From: Planctomycetota bacterium
GTDB lineage: Bacteria; Planctomycetota; UBA8108; JACQVS01
NCBI GenBank assembly: GCA_028280485.1
Contig: JANQLS010000037.1
Coordinates: 1,660-65,659, forward strand
Direction of reading: 5' to 3'
DNA length: 64,000 nucleotides
The notes under the pieces are model-generated. The model searched no databases. It was not told the origin of the DNA and worked only from the letters and a program-made list of their open reading frames with translations. The translations under genes and the position numbers were made by a program. Position 1 is the first letter of the stretch; each line of letters starts with the position of its first letter. This document shows positions 1 to 10,469 of this stretch, in pieces.

Positions 1-2686
1 TAGAAAAACCGGCATTTTCACCCGTAATTCGAATCAAAAGCTCGGCGACTTGATTGCGTTCATTTTTCCTTGAGGGATCCTCATTCAGTTTCAATCCCCA
101 GCGAAGGAGTTCTTGAACTTCGAAAACGGTGTTTTCGTTTTTAAAATCTTTAGGAACAGAAAGTCGTCTTAAGCCGTTTAGAGCCGCCGATACCAAATTA
201 CGCTCTCCGAAGCCAAGGTAATCCATAAAGAAAATTCGATCAGCTTCAGTGGCGACTTTGCTCAGCCCTCTTAAGGCTTCGGAGCGAGTGGAATCATTAT
301 TGAGCTCTATAATGTAGAGATCGCGGTGTGAAGCGTCAGGGACACGAGAAATCAACTGGAGGACGCGCTTTCTTTCTTGAATGTCTCGAGGTAAAGGACG
401 CTTGGCGAAAAGTTGAATCGCCTTTTTAAGTGCATCGCCCTTCATGCTTTCCGCTAAGACCAGATGATCTGGATGACCAAAGCTCTTCTCACTTAACGCA
501 ATTTCAACGATGCGAGGATGCTGTCGAATCAACTGCGTCCAAATGAACGAAACGTAACGGTGCCAACGTCGATCGCGACCTTGTTGATGCTTTTCCACCT
601 TGCGAGGAAGATCCAAGAAGGACTTCACGGCTTTTTGGTACAAGGCTTCCGTCCAGCCTTCCTTCAAGCGGTAGGTGAAAGAGAGCGTCCAAACATCTTC
701 GCCGGGATGGGAATCTTCGGTGATTCGCGAAAGAATGGCGGTTAGGTTTTCTTCGGTTCCGTTTCCGAGGAGGCCGAGAAGGCGCGCAGATTGGCGGGAT
801 AACTTTTCGTTTTTAAGTTTGCATATCTTTGTAAGGAACGTTTGGTAGTTTCCTTTTATCTTACCTGGATTGTCTGAATCCCAAGCTTCATAAAAGGTTT
901 GGCCAGTATGGCGCTTTTTGATCTTCTTCTCGTAAGCAGCCTCGGTAAGGCGTAGTAAATCAAAAAGTTGTTCTGGGGTGGTTTCAGGGTGAGATAAAAA
1001 CTTACTAATGAATTCAAGAGTTCTATGTTGCTTGCTGCCGCGAGGTGTCTGGCGAATTCTCGCTGAGGTAATTATGATTTTTTGGGCTGCTGTTTTTGCA
1101 ATTGGAAAATATTCAACAATGTCCCGAATCTTAGGATCCTCCTTCTCAAGTATGTAGCTCAATATATAAGACATTGTTTGCTGTAATCTACGGTCAGAAT
1201 AGATTTTTCGATCGAGAAAATTTCTGAAGGCATCGCTTTTATCACTCTTTTTAGTTCTGGCGGCTTCAAAGGCTACTCGCTGAACTCGCAAAGATGAGTC
1301 GTTAAGTAGAGTTGTCCAGGTGGACTCTTCCCCCGAATGGCCACTGTAATAAGCAGCACGTGCCTTAACTGAAGAAGAAAAAATGGTTGGACTATTAGAA
1401 ATACGTCCTAGGGTCGCATGCAACTCTGGCGGCCTAAACTCATTCAAAAGATCCAAATGCCGCGCCGTGTACTCATGATCCTTAACAGACTTCTTCCACT
1501 TCTCTAATGAAATCTTCTTAGCTTGCGGCAACCATCTTTCTCTCGACCACGCACTCAGAGGACTCGGTGCATCGATCGGCGATTTGTAGTTGATCTTTAG
1601 TTTTGGATCGACCTTCTTCGGGGTGATCTTATAAACCGCACCAGCTAAGCCGCGTCCACCTGAGGCAACTAACATACTTCCATCGGGGGCGACTTCGATA
1701 TCGACAGGAGCAAAACCAGCAGTCCCCGAGGCTTCTAAGAAAAGTTCTCGTTTTGCAGTGTAGGTGGCGCCTTTGGGGATAAGGTGAAAGCAATAGATTC
1801 GACCGAAGGTCCAATCGGCCGCGAACAATCCACCGTGGTATTGTTTGGGGAAGGTGACATGATCGTACGTCGCCACTCCGGTGGGAGAGCCTCGACCGGC
1901 TTCAGCTACGGGGGCAATCGTATCGAAGGTGTAGGGTGGTACTTTTCCTGAACCACTCGATCGCCAGCCGCAATCGGCTCCGGGAGTGATGTGATAGATT
2001 CGAGTGGGGCGGTACCAAGGTAAGCCTTCATCGCGTTCGCCGTCTGAATCCCAAACAAAAATTTCGCCGTCTGCGTTAAAGTCAAAGTCGTAGGTATTAC
2101 GTAAGCCATCCCCAATGACTTCCATCCACTTGCCATCGGGATCGAGGCGAAGCATCACGCCGGCGTAGGGATCGAGGATGGGAGATGTTTCTTTTCTAAT
2201 CTTATCGATGGGAGGACGACAAAAATTTCCGCCGATGAGATACAACGCACCATCCGCACCCTGGCGAACAGCGTGGGCGTGGTGTTCACCGCCCACTGCA
2301 AAGGGAAGGACGAGTTCCGCTTGGGCTTCTGGGCCGAGTTCCTTTTCAGGGATGCGCATCAATCCCTTGCCACCTACGAAGTAGAGATAGCCGTAAGCAA
2401 AGAGCAATCCTTGTGCTCCCACGCGAGGTCCTGGGTAGAGCGTTTCGATTTTTTCTAAGAGTCCATCACCATCCTTATCGGTGAGTCGACGAATGTACCC
2501 GGGGCCCGAGACGACAACTTCACCCTGACGATCGAGCGTCATCACTTGAATGTCGTGGGCTTGTTCACTGCTGGCGATTTTTTGAATGTCGAACAGATCA
2601 TTAGCGTGGAAAGTGAATTCAGGTTTTTCTTGAGCGTGAAGAATGGTGGTCGCGAAAGTTAATAGTACAACTGCGAGGAGGCGCAT
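1..2686 (-). CDS. PVC-type heme-binding CxxCH family protein (sugar-dehydrogenase-like beta-propeller + HEAT repeats), 3' end outside the window
   Basis: Not in the ORF track. ATG at 2686 gives MRLLAVVLLTFATTILHAQE (signal peptide), then propeller motifs (VSGPGYIRRLTDKDGDG, GLRNTYDFDFN, GRGSPTG, DWTFGR). Frame spot-checked open at ~1400 and at 2-61. Confidence 0.85.
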   Translation of the reverse strand, partial: MRLLAVVLLTFATTILHAQEKPEFTFHANDLFDIQKIASSEQAHDIQVMTLDRQGEVVVSGPGYIRRLTDKDGDGLLEKIETLYPGPRVGAQGLLFAYGYLYFVGGKGLMRIPEKELGPEAQAELVLPFAVGGEHHAHAVRQGADGALYLIGGNFCRPPIDKIRKETSPILDPYAGVMLRLDPDGKWMEVIGDGLRNTYDFDFNADGEIFVWDSDGERDEGLPWYRPTRIYHITPGADCGWRSSGSGKVPPYTFDTIAPVAEAGRGSPTGVATYDHVTFPKQYHGGLFAADWTFGRIYCFHLIPKGATYTAKRELFLEASGTAGFAPVDIEVAPDGSMLVASGGRGLAGAVYKITPKKVDPKLKINYKSPIDAPSPLSAWSRERWLPQAKKISLEKWKKSVKDHEYTARHLDLLNEFRPPELHATLGRISNSPTIFSSSVKARAAYYSGHSGEESTWTTLLNDSSLRVQRVAFEAARTKKSDKSDAFRNFLDRKIYSDRRLQQTMSYILSYILEKEDPKIRDIVEYFPIAKTAAQKIIITSARIRQTPRGSKQHRTLEFISKFLSHPETTPEQLFDLLRLTEAAYEKKIKKRHTGQTFYEAWDSDNPGKIKGNYQTFLTKICKLKNEKLSRQSARLLGLLGNGTEENLTAILSRITEDSHPGEDVWTLSFTYRLKEGWTEALYQKAVKSFLDLPRKVEKHQQGRDRRWHRYVSFIWTQLIRQHPRIVEIALSEKSFGHPDHLVLAESMKGDALKKAIQLFAKRPLPRDIQERKRVLQLISRVPDASHRDLYIIELNNDSTRSEALRGLSKVATEADRIFFMDYLGFGERNLVSAALNGLRRLSVPKDFKNENTVFEVQELLRWGLKLNEDPSRKNERNQVAELLIRITGENAGFS

Positions 2687-2796
2687 GGGGTGTCCTGGGG
2701 TTGGTCGTTTAATATTTAGGAATGAGTTTTCATCATCCTAACCAATTTTGTGATAGTCCTCACGCTCCGAGATTGTGAATTTTTAACGAAATCCCG

Positions 2797-2824
2797 TTAA
2801 TTAGCCCGAAGCGCTAGCGAGGGG
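2797..2824. repeat. REP-like repeat family A, single arm
   Basis: TTAATTAGCCCGAAGCGCTAGCGAGGGG; same arm as at 7393, 12432, 22732 and 58812. Confidence 0.85.
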
Positions 2825-2924
2825 ACGAGATGTTGAGTTGATCTCAAATAACTTCGACCTACGTTATGTGGATATGACTCAAAAGTATTTAAACGAGCTG
2901 CAGAGCTTGGGATTGTTACGATTA

Positions 2925-3193
2925 GTCAGGAGCCGCCTCGTAGTCCGTACGCTCCGCGTGCGGCCCTCCCAAGAAACGATAACTAATCATTTAAGAACTA
3001 AGCGCTTTAAACGAGTCACCCATTGGAGGGTACCTCTAATTAAAGTTAGGAATGACTTTAGGCAGGAGCCGCCTCGCGGAGCGAGACGACTACTGGAGTG
3101 ACGGAGTTTAAAGCTGATGTGGAATTTGAATACGTTTTGCGATTGTTTAGAAGGCCGCACGCTGAGCGTGCGGACAACAAGCGTGCGGACTAC
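2925..3193. repeat. Cluster of GTAG-type REP palindromes (families B1/B2)
   Basis: GTAGTCCGTACGCTCCGCGTGCGG (2940-2963) with inverted partners at 3153-3178 and 3180-3193. CAGGAGCCGCCTCGCGGAGCGAGACGACTAC at 3063-3093, truncated copy at 2925-2940. Confidence 0.85.
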
Positions 3194-4167
3194 GCCAACG
3201 GATCACGAATACGGCCGGCGTCGTGTTCTTCGGGCTTTTCGATTTCGCTGAAGGGGATTTTACCGGCTTCTTTTCGTGTGAGTTTCCTACGGGATTTTAG
3301 TAAAAAACCGGTGTGACCGATGATGCGAAGCGATGGTCGCAATCGTAGTCGGTCTGCGATCCAGGGGCGTTGAATGGTTTCGATGATGTCGGGGGAAGAA
3401 AACTCGGGGGTGTCTAAAATAGCTTGAACCAATTGGTCGATCTGACGAATGGTAGGAGAGTAAGCGATGAGATAACCATTGGGCTTTAACGCTTTCGCTG
3501 CTCCGGGCAAGGCGTTCCAAGGATCCGGTAAATCTAAGACGACGCGATCAGCTTCCTCGGCTTCGTGAAGACCTTCATGCACACTTTGGTGGCGAATCTC
3601 TAAGCGCGAAGCCAACTCTTCTGAATAAGTACTGATGTTGTTATAGGCACACTTGGCGAAATCTTCTCGAAGTTCGTAGGCGGTGACTTTTCCTTTGAGG
3701 CCGACAGCGCGAAGTAAGCCCAATGTCAATGAACCCGAGCCGATTCCAGCTTCAATCACATGCGCTCCGGGGAAGATATCTCCCCAAACTAAAATTGGGC
3801 CGATGTCTTTAGGGCTAATGATTTGAGCACCACGGGGCATGTGAAGGATGTACTCTTCAAAACTCGGTCGATAAACGCGAACGATTTCTCCCGTTGAACT
3901 CTTGACGGTATCACTCACCGCTAAGCCGATGATGGAATCGCAATCGATTCTTCCACCTCGCAGTTTGTAATTTTTTCCGGCCTTTAAAAAATAGAGGTAC
4001 TTCCGCATCTTCCGATCGACGATGAGAGCAGGATCGCCATCTTTAAAAAAGTCGGTGGGCTCTTTGATGATGAGTTCTCGAGCTAGCTCTTCGTTGTTAT
4101 TTTCTTCGGAGGAGCTCACTTCTTCAGTGAGTTCTTCTTCCGGGGTGGGGATTTCAGAGTCGGTCAT
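3190..4167 (-). CDS. trmI: tRNA (adenine-58-N1)-methyltransferase, TrmI/GCD14 family
   Basis: MPRGAQIISPKD, SAM motif VIEAGIGSGSLT, VLDLPDPW, YSPT, IGHTGFL; acidic N-terminal extension. Confidence 0.92.
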   Translation of the reverse strand: MTDSEIPTPEEELTEEVSSSEENNNEELARELIIKEPTDFFKDGDPALIVDRKMRKYLYFLKAGKNYKLRGGRIDCDSIIGLAVSDTVKSSTGEIVRVYRPSFEEYILHMPRGAQIISPKDIGPILVWGDIFPGAHVIEAGIGSGSLTLGLLRAVGLKGKVTAYELREDFAKCAYNNISTYSEELASRLEIRHQSVHEGLHEAEEADRVVLDLPDPWNALPGAAKALKPNGYLIAYSPTIRQIDQLVQAILDTPEFSSPDIIETIQRPWIADRLRLRPSLRIIGHTGFLLKSRRKLTRKEAGKIPFSEIEKPEEHDAGRIRDPLA

Positions 4168-4206
4168 GGGTGCGTTTGGAGATCAGTGAATTCTTGAGAT
4201 TTAAAA

Positions 4207-5364
4207 TTATTCCGACGAAGCTTGAAGTTCTTGCAGATATCGATCGATGGAACCAGGAGGTTGAATCTTCAAGCCAAAACTGAATTGCCCTTCGGGGCCT
4301 TCGATAATGTGATGAAGGATTTCGTTCTTATTGGCAAGAACTCCTTGAATGAAGGTCTCGATTTCTTTGGGGTCCGCGATCAATGCTTGCTCCGTCTCAG
4401 AGCCTTGGAAAATAGCGATAGGTTCTCCTTCAGGGAGTTCGTCGAGGATATCAAACACCTCCAAGGTACAGCGGGGAAGAGGAATTTTTTTCTCATCAGC
4501 CGTCCAACCGAAGGTTTCTTTCGCTTCAGGATCGTCGACTACCCACATCTGTTTCTTTAGCCATGCGGTTGCCGTTGAAAAAACGGAGGCTCCTGAACGT
4601 TCGATGATACTTCCTTGAGTTCCTTCATCTGAAATGGGAACAGGGAAGGCAAACTCTTGGTAAAGGAGTTCCCAGACTTCCTCATCAGGAACAATGAGAA
4701 GTCGACCGATGGTTCCGGCGTCAGCTTTTTGAAAATCTTGAAGACGAGAACGAGTTCTAAGTTTGTAGGTGAAGGTGTTTTTTTGGTGAACGTTCGACTC
4801 GGGAAAATAGATGTCTTTATCTAAAGTCGCTAATTCTTTCTCACCGGCTTCTCGCATACGAGGAGTATAAAACTGGGTGTAGGGAATGCGGCGGTAGAGA
4901 AGGTGAACGATTTGATTGAAGTGGCGAACTCGAAATCTTAAGGGGATGGTCTTTGATTCGCCTGGAAGTAAGAGCCAATCATCTTCAAAGACTTGGGGGG
5001 TCGTTCCTACGGAATCGGGATTGTAGACGTAGGTTTTCAAGGCCTTCTTGTGCGTTAGCTGCCCGCCTAAGGAGATGGATTTCTGAAAGAAGCGGGGTAG
5101 CTGATCGACCATCTGGACGGAGCGTACCAGGATGGGCTCATTGGCCGTGTTGATCACGATAAAATCGGCTTCAGCGATCTGGCCAAAAACTAAAGGTCCT
5201 CCATCCGCTACTCTCATTTTGAGAGAGGGTTGGAGGATCTTTTGTTTTCGTCTCACATAGGTCGGAGTGCTTTCACAGCCACAGAATATGGAGATGAAAG
5301 CCATCGTGAGAACGAAGGAGTTTAATCGTTTCTTGCTAAAGAAACGGTGTGAATTATTTGTCAC
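4207..5364 (-). CDS. Hypothetical lipoprotein
   Basis: Long ORF (track start 5406). An in-frame GTG at 5364 overlapping the aldolase stop gives a basic n-region, hydrophobic stretch and lipobox-like IFCGC. Confidence 0.7.
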   Translation of the reverse strand: MTNNSHRFFSKKRLNSFVLTMAFISIFCGCESTPTYVRRKQKILQPSLKMRVADGGPLVFGQIAEADFIVINTANEPILVRSVQMVDQLPRFFQKSISLGGQLTHKKALKTYVYNPDSVGTTPQVFEDDWLLLPGESKTIPLRFRVRHFNQIVHLLYRRIPYTQFYTPRMREAGEKELATLDKDIYFPESNVHQKNTFTYKLRTRSRLQDFQKADAGTIGRLLIVPDEEVWELLYQEFAFPVPISDEGTQGSIIERSGASVFSTATAWLKKQMWVVDDPEAKETFGWTADEKKIPLPRCTLEVFDILDELPEGEPIAIFQGSETEQALIADPKEIETFIQGVLANKNEILHHIIEGPEGQFSFGLKIQPPGSIDRYLQELQASSE

Positions 5365-6469
5365 CCAGACGTGCGTAATCCAGGTTGTCGAGAATTTTGT
5401 AAACACTCTCGGCGATCCTTCTGACTTGAAGATCGCGGACCTGATCAGTTAAAGGTCCGAAGAAAATATTGGCATCCTTCGAAGGATTGTACACGGGTTT
5501 TCCGTCGGAGTCGAAATCTACAGGGAAACCTTTTTCCTCATCGTGGTGTTCGATGAGTTGGTGACCTCGGTGGAGACACTCCCGGCCAACTTCTTGAGGG
5601 ATGTAACTCCAGGCATTCATTCCGACAACACCCAGGGAGCCTAAACGTCTTTGGTCGTCGATGGGCAGAGATTTAATGGAAGAGAATCCGTGAACGACGA
5701 GTCGTGCGCCGACTCCAAGTTTTTGAATATCTTCAAGAATATCGAACTGAACCCCAACAGGTTTGGCGTTGATGGATTCGGTTCCAATATTTGGAACCAC
5801 TAATTCAAAGCCAGTCTTTTCTAAGAATTCTTCAATCTCAGTCGCTTTGGTGAACTGAGAAGCTTCTAGACCTTTTCCTCCGGCGGCGACTTCTTCGAGG
5901 CAACCCTCCACGACTTTGTCGATACCTTTAGATTGAAGGAATTTTTTGTATTCGGCTGAGTGAACGATGTTATCGGCAAAGGGAGAGTGCGAATCATCGA
6001 ACATGACACTCGAGAAGAAAGAAAGGGCTTGTTCATCTCTTAAGAATTCATTTTTTGAAATGATGCCACCGGGCAGAGTGTGATGACCGTGGTCATAGTG
6101 GTGTGTGATGTGAACGTCACCGTAGTCGGACCAATCAGGATCGGAGACGGTGCTCATGAAATCGGTAGCGAGTTTGAGATTGAGGATACAGCGTTTGCGG
6201 TAAGCTCCTGGATCTCCACCCTCAGAAGGTAGGTGGTGGCCGGATTCAAGGTAACGAGGAAGCTGCTGCATGATGTAGTGACCCACCGTTGCGAAGATTC
6301 CTAGGGGGAGTCTCGAGATGTTGTGGTCTTTTGCAAACTTTGAAGCGCCCTTGATAATGCCATGAATCTGGTCTTGGGTGGTGTAGCCAATTCTGGCCAT
6401 AGTGAGATTATTGTCGGCACAAAGTTGGTAGAGATCTTTGGTTCCTTGAAAGTCCAAGACGAGAGGCAT
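5354..6469 (-). CDS. Class II fructose/tagatose-bisphosphate aldolase family protein (divergent)
   Basis: HYDHG, SSVMFDDSH, VEGCLE, PNIGTE, VVHGFS motifs in the order expected for the class II aldolase TIM barrel. Confidence 0.8.
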   Translation of the reverse strand: MPLVLDFQGTKDLYQLCADNNLTMARIGYTTQDQIHGIIKGASKFAKDHNISRLPLGIFATVGHYIMQQLPRYLESGHHLPSEGGDPGAYRKRCILNLKLATDFMSTVSDPDWSDYGDVHITHHYDHGHHTLPGGIISKNEFLRDEQALSFFSSVMFDDSHSPFADNIVHSAEYKKFLQSKGIDKVVEGCLEEVAAGGKGLEASQFTKATEIEEFLEKTGFELVVPNIGTESINAKPVGVQFDILEDIQKLGVGARLVVHGFSSIKSLPIDDQRRLGSLGVVGMNAWSYIPQEVGRECLHRGHQLIEHHDEEKGFPVDFDSDGKPVYNPSKDANIFFGPLTDQVRDLQVRRIAESVYKILDNLDYARLGDK

Positions 6470-6788
6470 GGTTGTTCCTCGATGTGTTGCAAGTTTTTTA
6501 AGTATCGCCCTTTAGGCAGGGTTGCGAGGTCGTTCCGAGCCGGGTTTTGAACTGCTTTCTTAATCCGGGACGAACGAAAACGAATCGAGGATAATAGCTT
6601 GAATCTCACAACAATTCAACGATTCATAGGTATCTTAGCGTAATTCTAATCTACCGATTGACCCAGATCCTTCGATAGATTGGAGTTATCTCCTTTCCTT
6701 CAATTACAATAAAGGAAGATTTCTCCCCTTTGTCTAAACATGAAATTGAATCATCCTTCACGCTCTCTGGATTATTTGAGGTTTTGAA

Positions 6789-7352
6789 ATGAATAAGCAT
6801 TTAACCCCGTTTCTCTTTGGTTTGATGGTTTTTACCCTGGCTTACACTCTGTTCACGCTTCCGGGAAGCTCGAACTCAGCTTCCACAGATGGGATTCTTT
6901 CTGCTGAAGCTTTAGATCAGGAATCGGAGAAGGAAAAACCCATTGAAGGATCAAAAGAAGATGAAAAGCAAAAGAAGCTCGAGGAGCAGTTCAAGAAAGA
7001 TTTAGCTAATGTTCAATTCGTCGGACGCTGGTGCATGATGAAAGACGGGAAACTGGGCGAAGAAAGAGAAGAGAAGTACACCATCACCTCAGCTTTAAAA
7101 GCTAATGCAGATAACTGGCTGATTTTTGCCCGAGTTCAATTCGGTAAAAAAGATGTCACCCTACCCGTACCCGTCAAAGTGAAATGGGCAGGTGATACTC
7201 CTGTTATCACCGTTACCGATGTTAACTTACCCGGTTTGGGAACGTATTCGGCTCGCGTTCTTGTGTATAAAAATACATATGCCGGTTCTTGGTTCGGAAA
7301 GAACTACGGTGGTTTGATGAGTGGGATGATTGTGAAGAATAAGAAAGAGTAG
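6789..7352 (+). CDS. Hypothetical exported protein
   Basis: 187-aa ORF, GAGG RBS, N-terminal hydrophobic segment, beta-rich C-terminal domain. Confidence 0.75.
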   Translation: MNKHLTPFLFGLMVFTLAYTLFTLPGSSNSASTDGILSAEALDQESEKEKPIEGSKEDEKQKKLEEQFKKDLANVQFVGRWCMMKDGKLGEEREEKYTITSALKANADNWLIFARVQFGKKDVTLPVPVKVKWAGDTPVITVTDVNLPGLGTYSARVLVYKNTYAGSWFGKNYGGLMSGMIVKNKKE

Positions 7353-7392
7353 CCGTACTACTTTTAACGCGAAAATTTTGAATTACGTATCC

Positions 7393-7466
7393 TAACTAGC
7401 CCGAAGCGCTAGCGAGGGGTCCATTCTTAAATAAGGTGACCCCTCGCTAGCGCTTCGGGCTAGTTA
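7393..7466. repeat. REP family A inverted doublet (REPIN-like)
   Basis: TAACTAGCCCGAAGCGCTAGCGAGGGGTC...GACCCCTCGCTAGCGCTTCGGGCTAGTTA between convergent genes. Confidence 0.92.
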
Positions 7467-7479
7467 ATGGGATTTTGAT

Positions 7480-10311
7480 TTAATCCAAGGCGTAATTCGG
7501 ATTTCTCAAAAACGCAACCAAATGCGCGAACTCCTCAATTGTCAATCGATCGATTAAATTCGCGGGCATCAAGGATTCAGTTTTTTGCTCTTTGATGAGG
7601 ACGTCGCCTTCGTTGATCCATTGTTGAGTTCCGTCTCCGAACCCCATGAGAAACTTGTGTTGCCCTCCCGCTTGAAGGATCGTTCCTGTTTTGGGTCCTT
7701 GCTTGGTGATCATATTCCAAGTGGTGAACTGAGGTGACACTTCTTTATTCGGCTCTAAGATCGATTCGACGATGCGTTGAGTCGACATATGAGTGGCATT
7801 CGTTAGATCCGGTCCCACCTTTCCACCCAGGTCGTTGAGTCGGTGACAAGTTCCGCAACTGGCTCCCGAGGCATTGTAGAAAATGCGTTCTCCTTCTTCG
7901 GGATGACCCTCTTCGAAGATGTGTCTCTTAAATGCCTCTTGAAGAATTTTCTTTCCATCTTTTAGCAAAAGGGCACTCAAGCCTTTGCCTTCAGGGATCT
8001 CCTGTGGATTCTTTGCTGAATAGGCTAACGCTTTCTTCGCTTCGTCAACGACTTCAGTATTGCTATCGATCATTAACCTTTGAAGCGTCTTGAACGATGG
8101 ACCCACCTGAGACGTGAGTCCGACGATGGCGTCTCGGCGAATGGAGACGTTTTCGTTGGTATCCAAAGCGATTTTTCCGAGGATCTTTTGGCTCTCTGAG
8201 TCTCGTTTTCCCCAAAGTTGACGAACGGCTTCTCGTCTTAATATTGGAGAGTCGGAACTTGCAAACTTAGGAATGAGCTCGGTATTGAGTCGAACCCCAG
8301 TCGAAGCAGCTAGGCGAAGGGCAATCGCCCGAGCAGCGGGGGAAACCGACTGATCAGAAGCAAGCTTCTTCAACGCTTCCTTATTCTTGTTTTCTGAGTT
8401 GTTCGCACCGAGCATTTTGAGAGCAGCGACGATGGTTTGAAATAACTCTCGATTGAGGGGCACCACTCTTAAGCTTTTTTCTAAGGCTTCAACTAAATCT
8501 TTTCTTCCCGATTGCCCGGCCCACTGAGCGGCTGCTCGACGCACCTCGATATCGGCGTCTGCTAACCAACTTGCATTTAGGAATTGATTATTATTCTTCC
8601 TCTTATTGACCATGAGTGCAGCTAAACGAAGTTGTGCTTTCTTTGAGCTTGCAAGCTCAGTAACGATGGATTCGGGACCTCGGGTTAGCGCTAAGATCGC
8701 TGCTGTATAAAGAAATGAATCTTTTCTTTCGGCAAGAATCGTTTTGATCTGTTCGAGGTAAGGTTCAGGCTTCTTGCAGGAGTGAAGAACATGATAAAGA
8801 TGCTGAGGGCCTAAGATCTTACTGGGAATAGGCGGATCTTTTTCGGGATTCAATAAACTAAAAAGTTTCCACGCTTTCCCGGCTACGATTTCGGATCGGC
8901 CTTCTTGAGAAAGGTTCTTGAGGAGTGGTCCGTCGATTTTTTTGAGCTTAGCTAAGATTTTTAATCCATTGAGTTGAGCATTGAGATTTTTACTCTCAGT
9001 AACAATTTTCTTTGTTTCTTCGATGAGTCGATCAGATTTTCGTTGAAGCCATAAGCTTCGGGCAAAATATCGAGCAGAACGGTTGGGGTGACCTAAGAAA
9101 TCTTCCTTGGTCTTAATGTCAGCTAAGCCTCGGTGTTCTTTTTTAACATTGAGTTTCCAAATCTTCCCTTTGTTGTGAACGTTGTAGGAAACACTGATCC
9201 AATCTCCGAAAAAGATTTCTCCGTGATTAGTTTGCGTCATTCCGGTCGGACGGAAATCTCGATCTCCTTGAACTAAGATCTGACTAAACGCACGGTAGCT
9301 GGCTCCATTTTTTTGAAGTTTAAAGCGCTCGATCTTATGATCTCCCCAAGAGGTTGAGAGCAAGTCGCCGAAATATTCTTGGGGAAAGGCTTCATTTTCA
9401 TAACAGACTAAACCGGTGGGGCCTTCTCCAGTTCCTGCTGTCATCGGAAGGGTGTCAGGGTGTTGGCCGTCCCAGGCAATAAAGGGGTGGAGCCCGCTTC
9501 TTCCCAGGTCGTAGCGGTAACCGTACTGACCTCCTTCGATCGCATGAATCAATCGACAAGGGGGACGCGAGTCGGGATCGTTATCGATGGTGAAGACATC
9601 TCCAGAGGTATTGGTCGCCAAGGCAAACGGATTCCAAAAACCCGTTGACCAAAGACTAAGATTTTTACCCTCAGGGCTCATCCTAAAAATATTGCCCCCT
9701 TCACCCGAGCCTTTTAAGAAACTTCCATCTCGAGCAGTGAGGGTGTAGTTCTTACCGAAATTTTCACCCTGGGAGAAATAGAGGTAACCCAATTCATCTA
9801 GAGCGAAGCCCGACAAACCGTTGTGGGGGTAATTGGCCGAAGTGTCGAGTCCAGCCAGAAGGGTGCGCTTGTCAATTTTGATATCTTCATCGGTGTCTTC
9901 GAGTAGGAAGATCTCTTTCCGAGTGCCGAGTACGAAGGTACCTTTTTTCAAATACATTAGCGCCATGGCGTGCTGAAATCCATCGGCGGCCATAATCATG
10001 TTTTCGTCGGCTTTGTTATCTCCGTTTCGATCTTGAAGGACCCAGAGGCGGTCACTCGTATGGCGATTGTAGTCTCCTTTGGGGAAGTGGGTGTTACTTT
10101 CAATCACCCAAATTCGATTGGCATCATCCGCAGTCAAGGCAACCGGAGTGGCAATTTTGGGATCTTCAAGAAAGAGATGAAGTTCTAAGCGCTCATCTAA
10201 CACTTTTGGAGGATCTGCAAATAAGCTAGCCGGAAGGAGGAACACGAAGCAGTAAAAGGAAAAAGCCTTTAAACTATTCATTTTTAAAATCTGCCGTTTG
10301 ATTTTTAGCAT
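7480..10311 (-). CDS. PVC-type heme-binding CxxCH protein (beta-propeller + HEAT + cytochrome c)
   Basis: Signal peptide (probable start 10281), GFWNPF, DNDPDSRPPCRL, FRPTG, C-terminal CGTCH...VGPDLT...SLMP. Confidence 0.9.
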   Translation of the reverse strand: MLKIKRQILKMNSLKAFSFYCFVFLLPASLFADPPKVLDERLELHLFLEDPKIATPVALTADDANRIWVIESNTHFPKGDYNRHTSDRLWVLQDRNGDNKADENMIMAADGFQHAMALMYLKKGTFVLGTRKEIFLLEDTDEDIKIDKRTLLAGLDTSANYPHNGLSGFALDELGYLYFSQGENFGKNYTLTARDGSFLKGSGEGGNIFRMSPEGKNLSLWSTGFWNPFALATNTSGDVFTIDNDPDSRPPCRLIHAIEGGQYGYRYDLGRSGLHPFIAWDGQHPDTLPMTAGTGEGPTGLVCYENEAFPQEYFGDLLSTSWGDHKIERFKLQKNGASYRAFSQILVQGDRDFRPTGMTQTNHGEIFFGDWISVSYNVHNKGKIWKLNVKKEHRGLADIKTKEDFLGHPNRSARYFARSLWLQRKSDRLIEETKKIVTESKNLNAQLNGLKILAKLKKIDGPLLKNLSQEGRSEIVAGKAWKLFSLLNPEKDPPIPSKILGPQHLYHVLHSCKKPEPYLEQIKTILAERKDSFLYTAAILALTRGPESIVTELASSKKAQLRLAALMVNKRKNNNQFLNASWLADADIEVRRAAAQWAGQSGRKDLVEALEKSLRVVPLNRELFQTIVAALKMLGANNSENKNKEALKKLASDQSVSPAARAIALRLAASTGVRLNTELIPKFASSDSPILRREAVRQLWGKRDSESQKILGKIALDTNENVSIRRDAIVGLTSQVGPSFKTLQRLMIDSNTEVVDEAKKALAYSAKNPQEIPEGKGLSALLLKDGKKILQEAFKRHIFEEGHPEEGERIFYNASGASCGTCHRLNDLGGKVGPDLTNATHMSTQRIVESILEPNKEVSPQFTTWNMITKQGPKTGTILQAGGQHKFLMGFGDGTQQWINEGDVLIKEQKTESLMPANLIDRLTIEEFAHLVAFLRNPNYALD

Positions 10312-10469
10312 TGATTTTTGGGGGTAAGTTTCTAAAGAGGAGCTTCCATCTCTATGACGCTCATGGTAAACCTTTTTTTAGTCGGAATTCCACTGCAAGA
10401 AGGGTTTCTGGTAGATTTCACTCTACATATTTAATTTTTAAATCCCGAATAAATCGGAGAACAACTGAG

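Noticed and set aside
2838-3316. ORFs 2838-3101 and 3098-3316 (+)
   Set aside because: They run through REP palindromes and antisense into trmI; probably spurious
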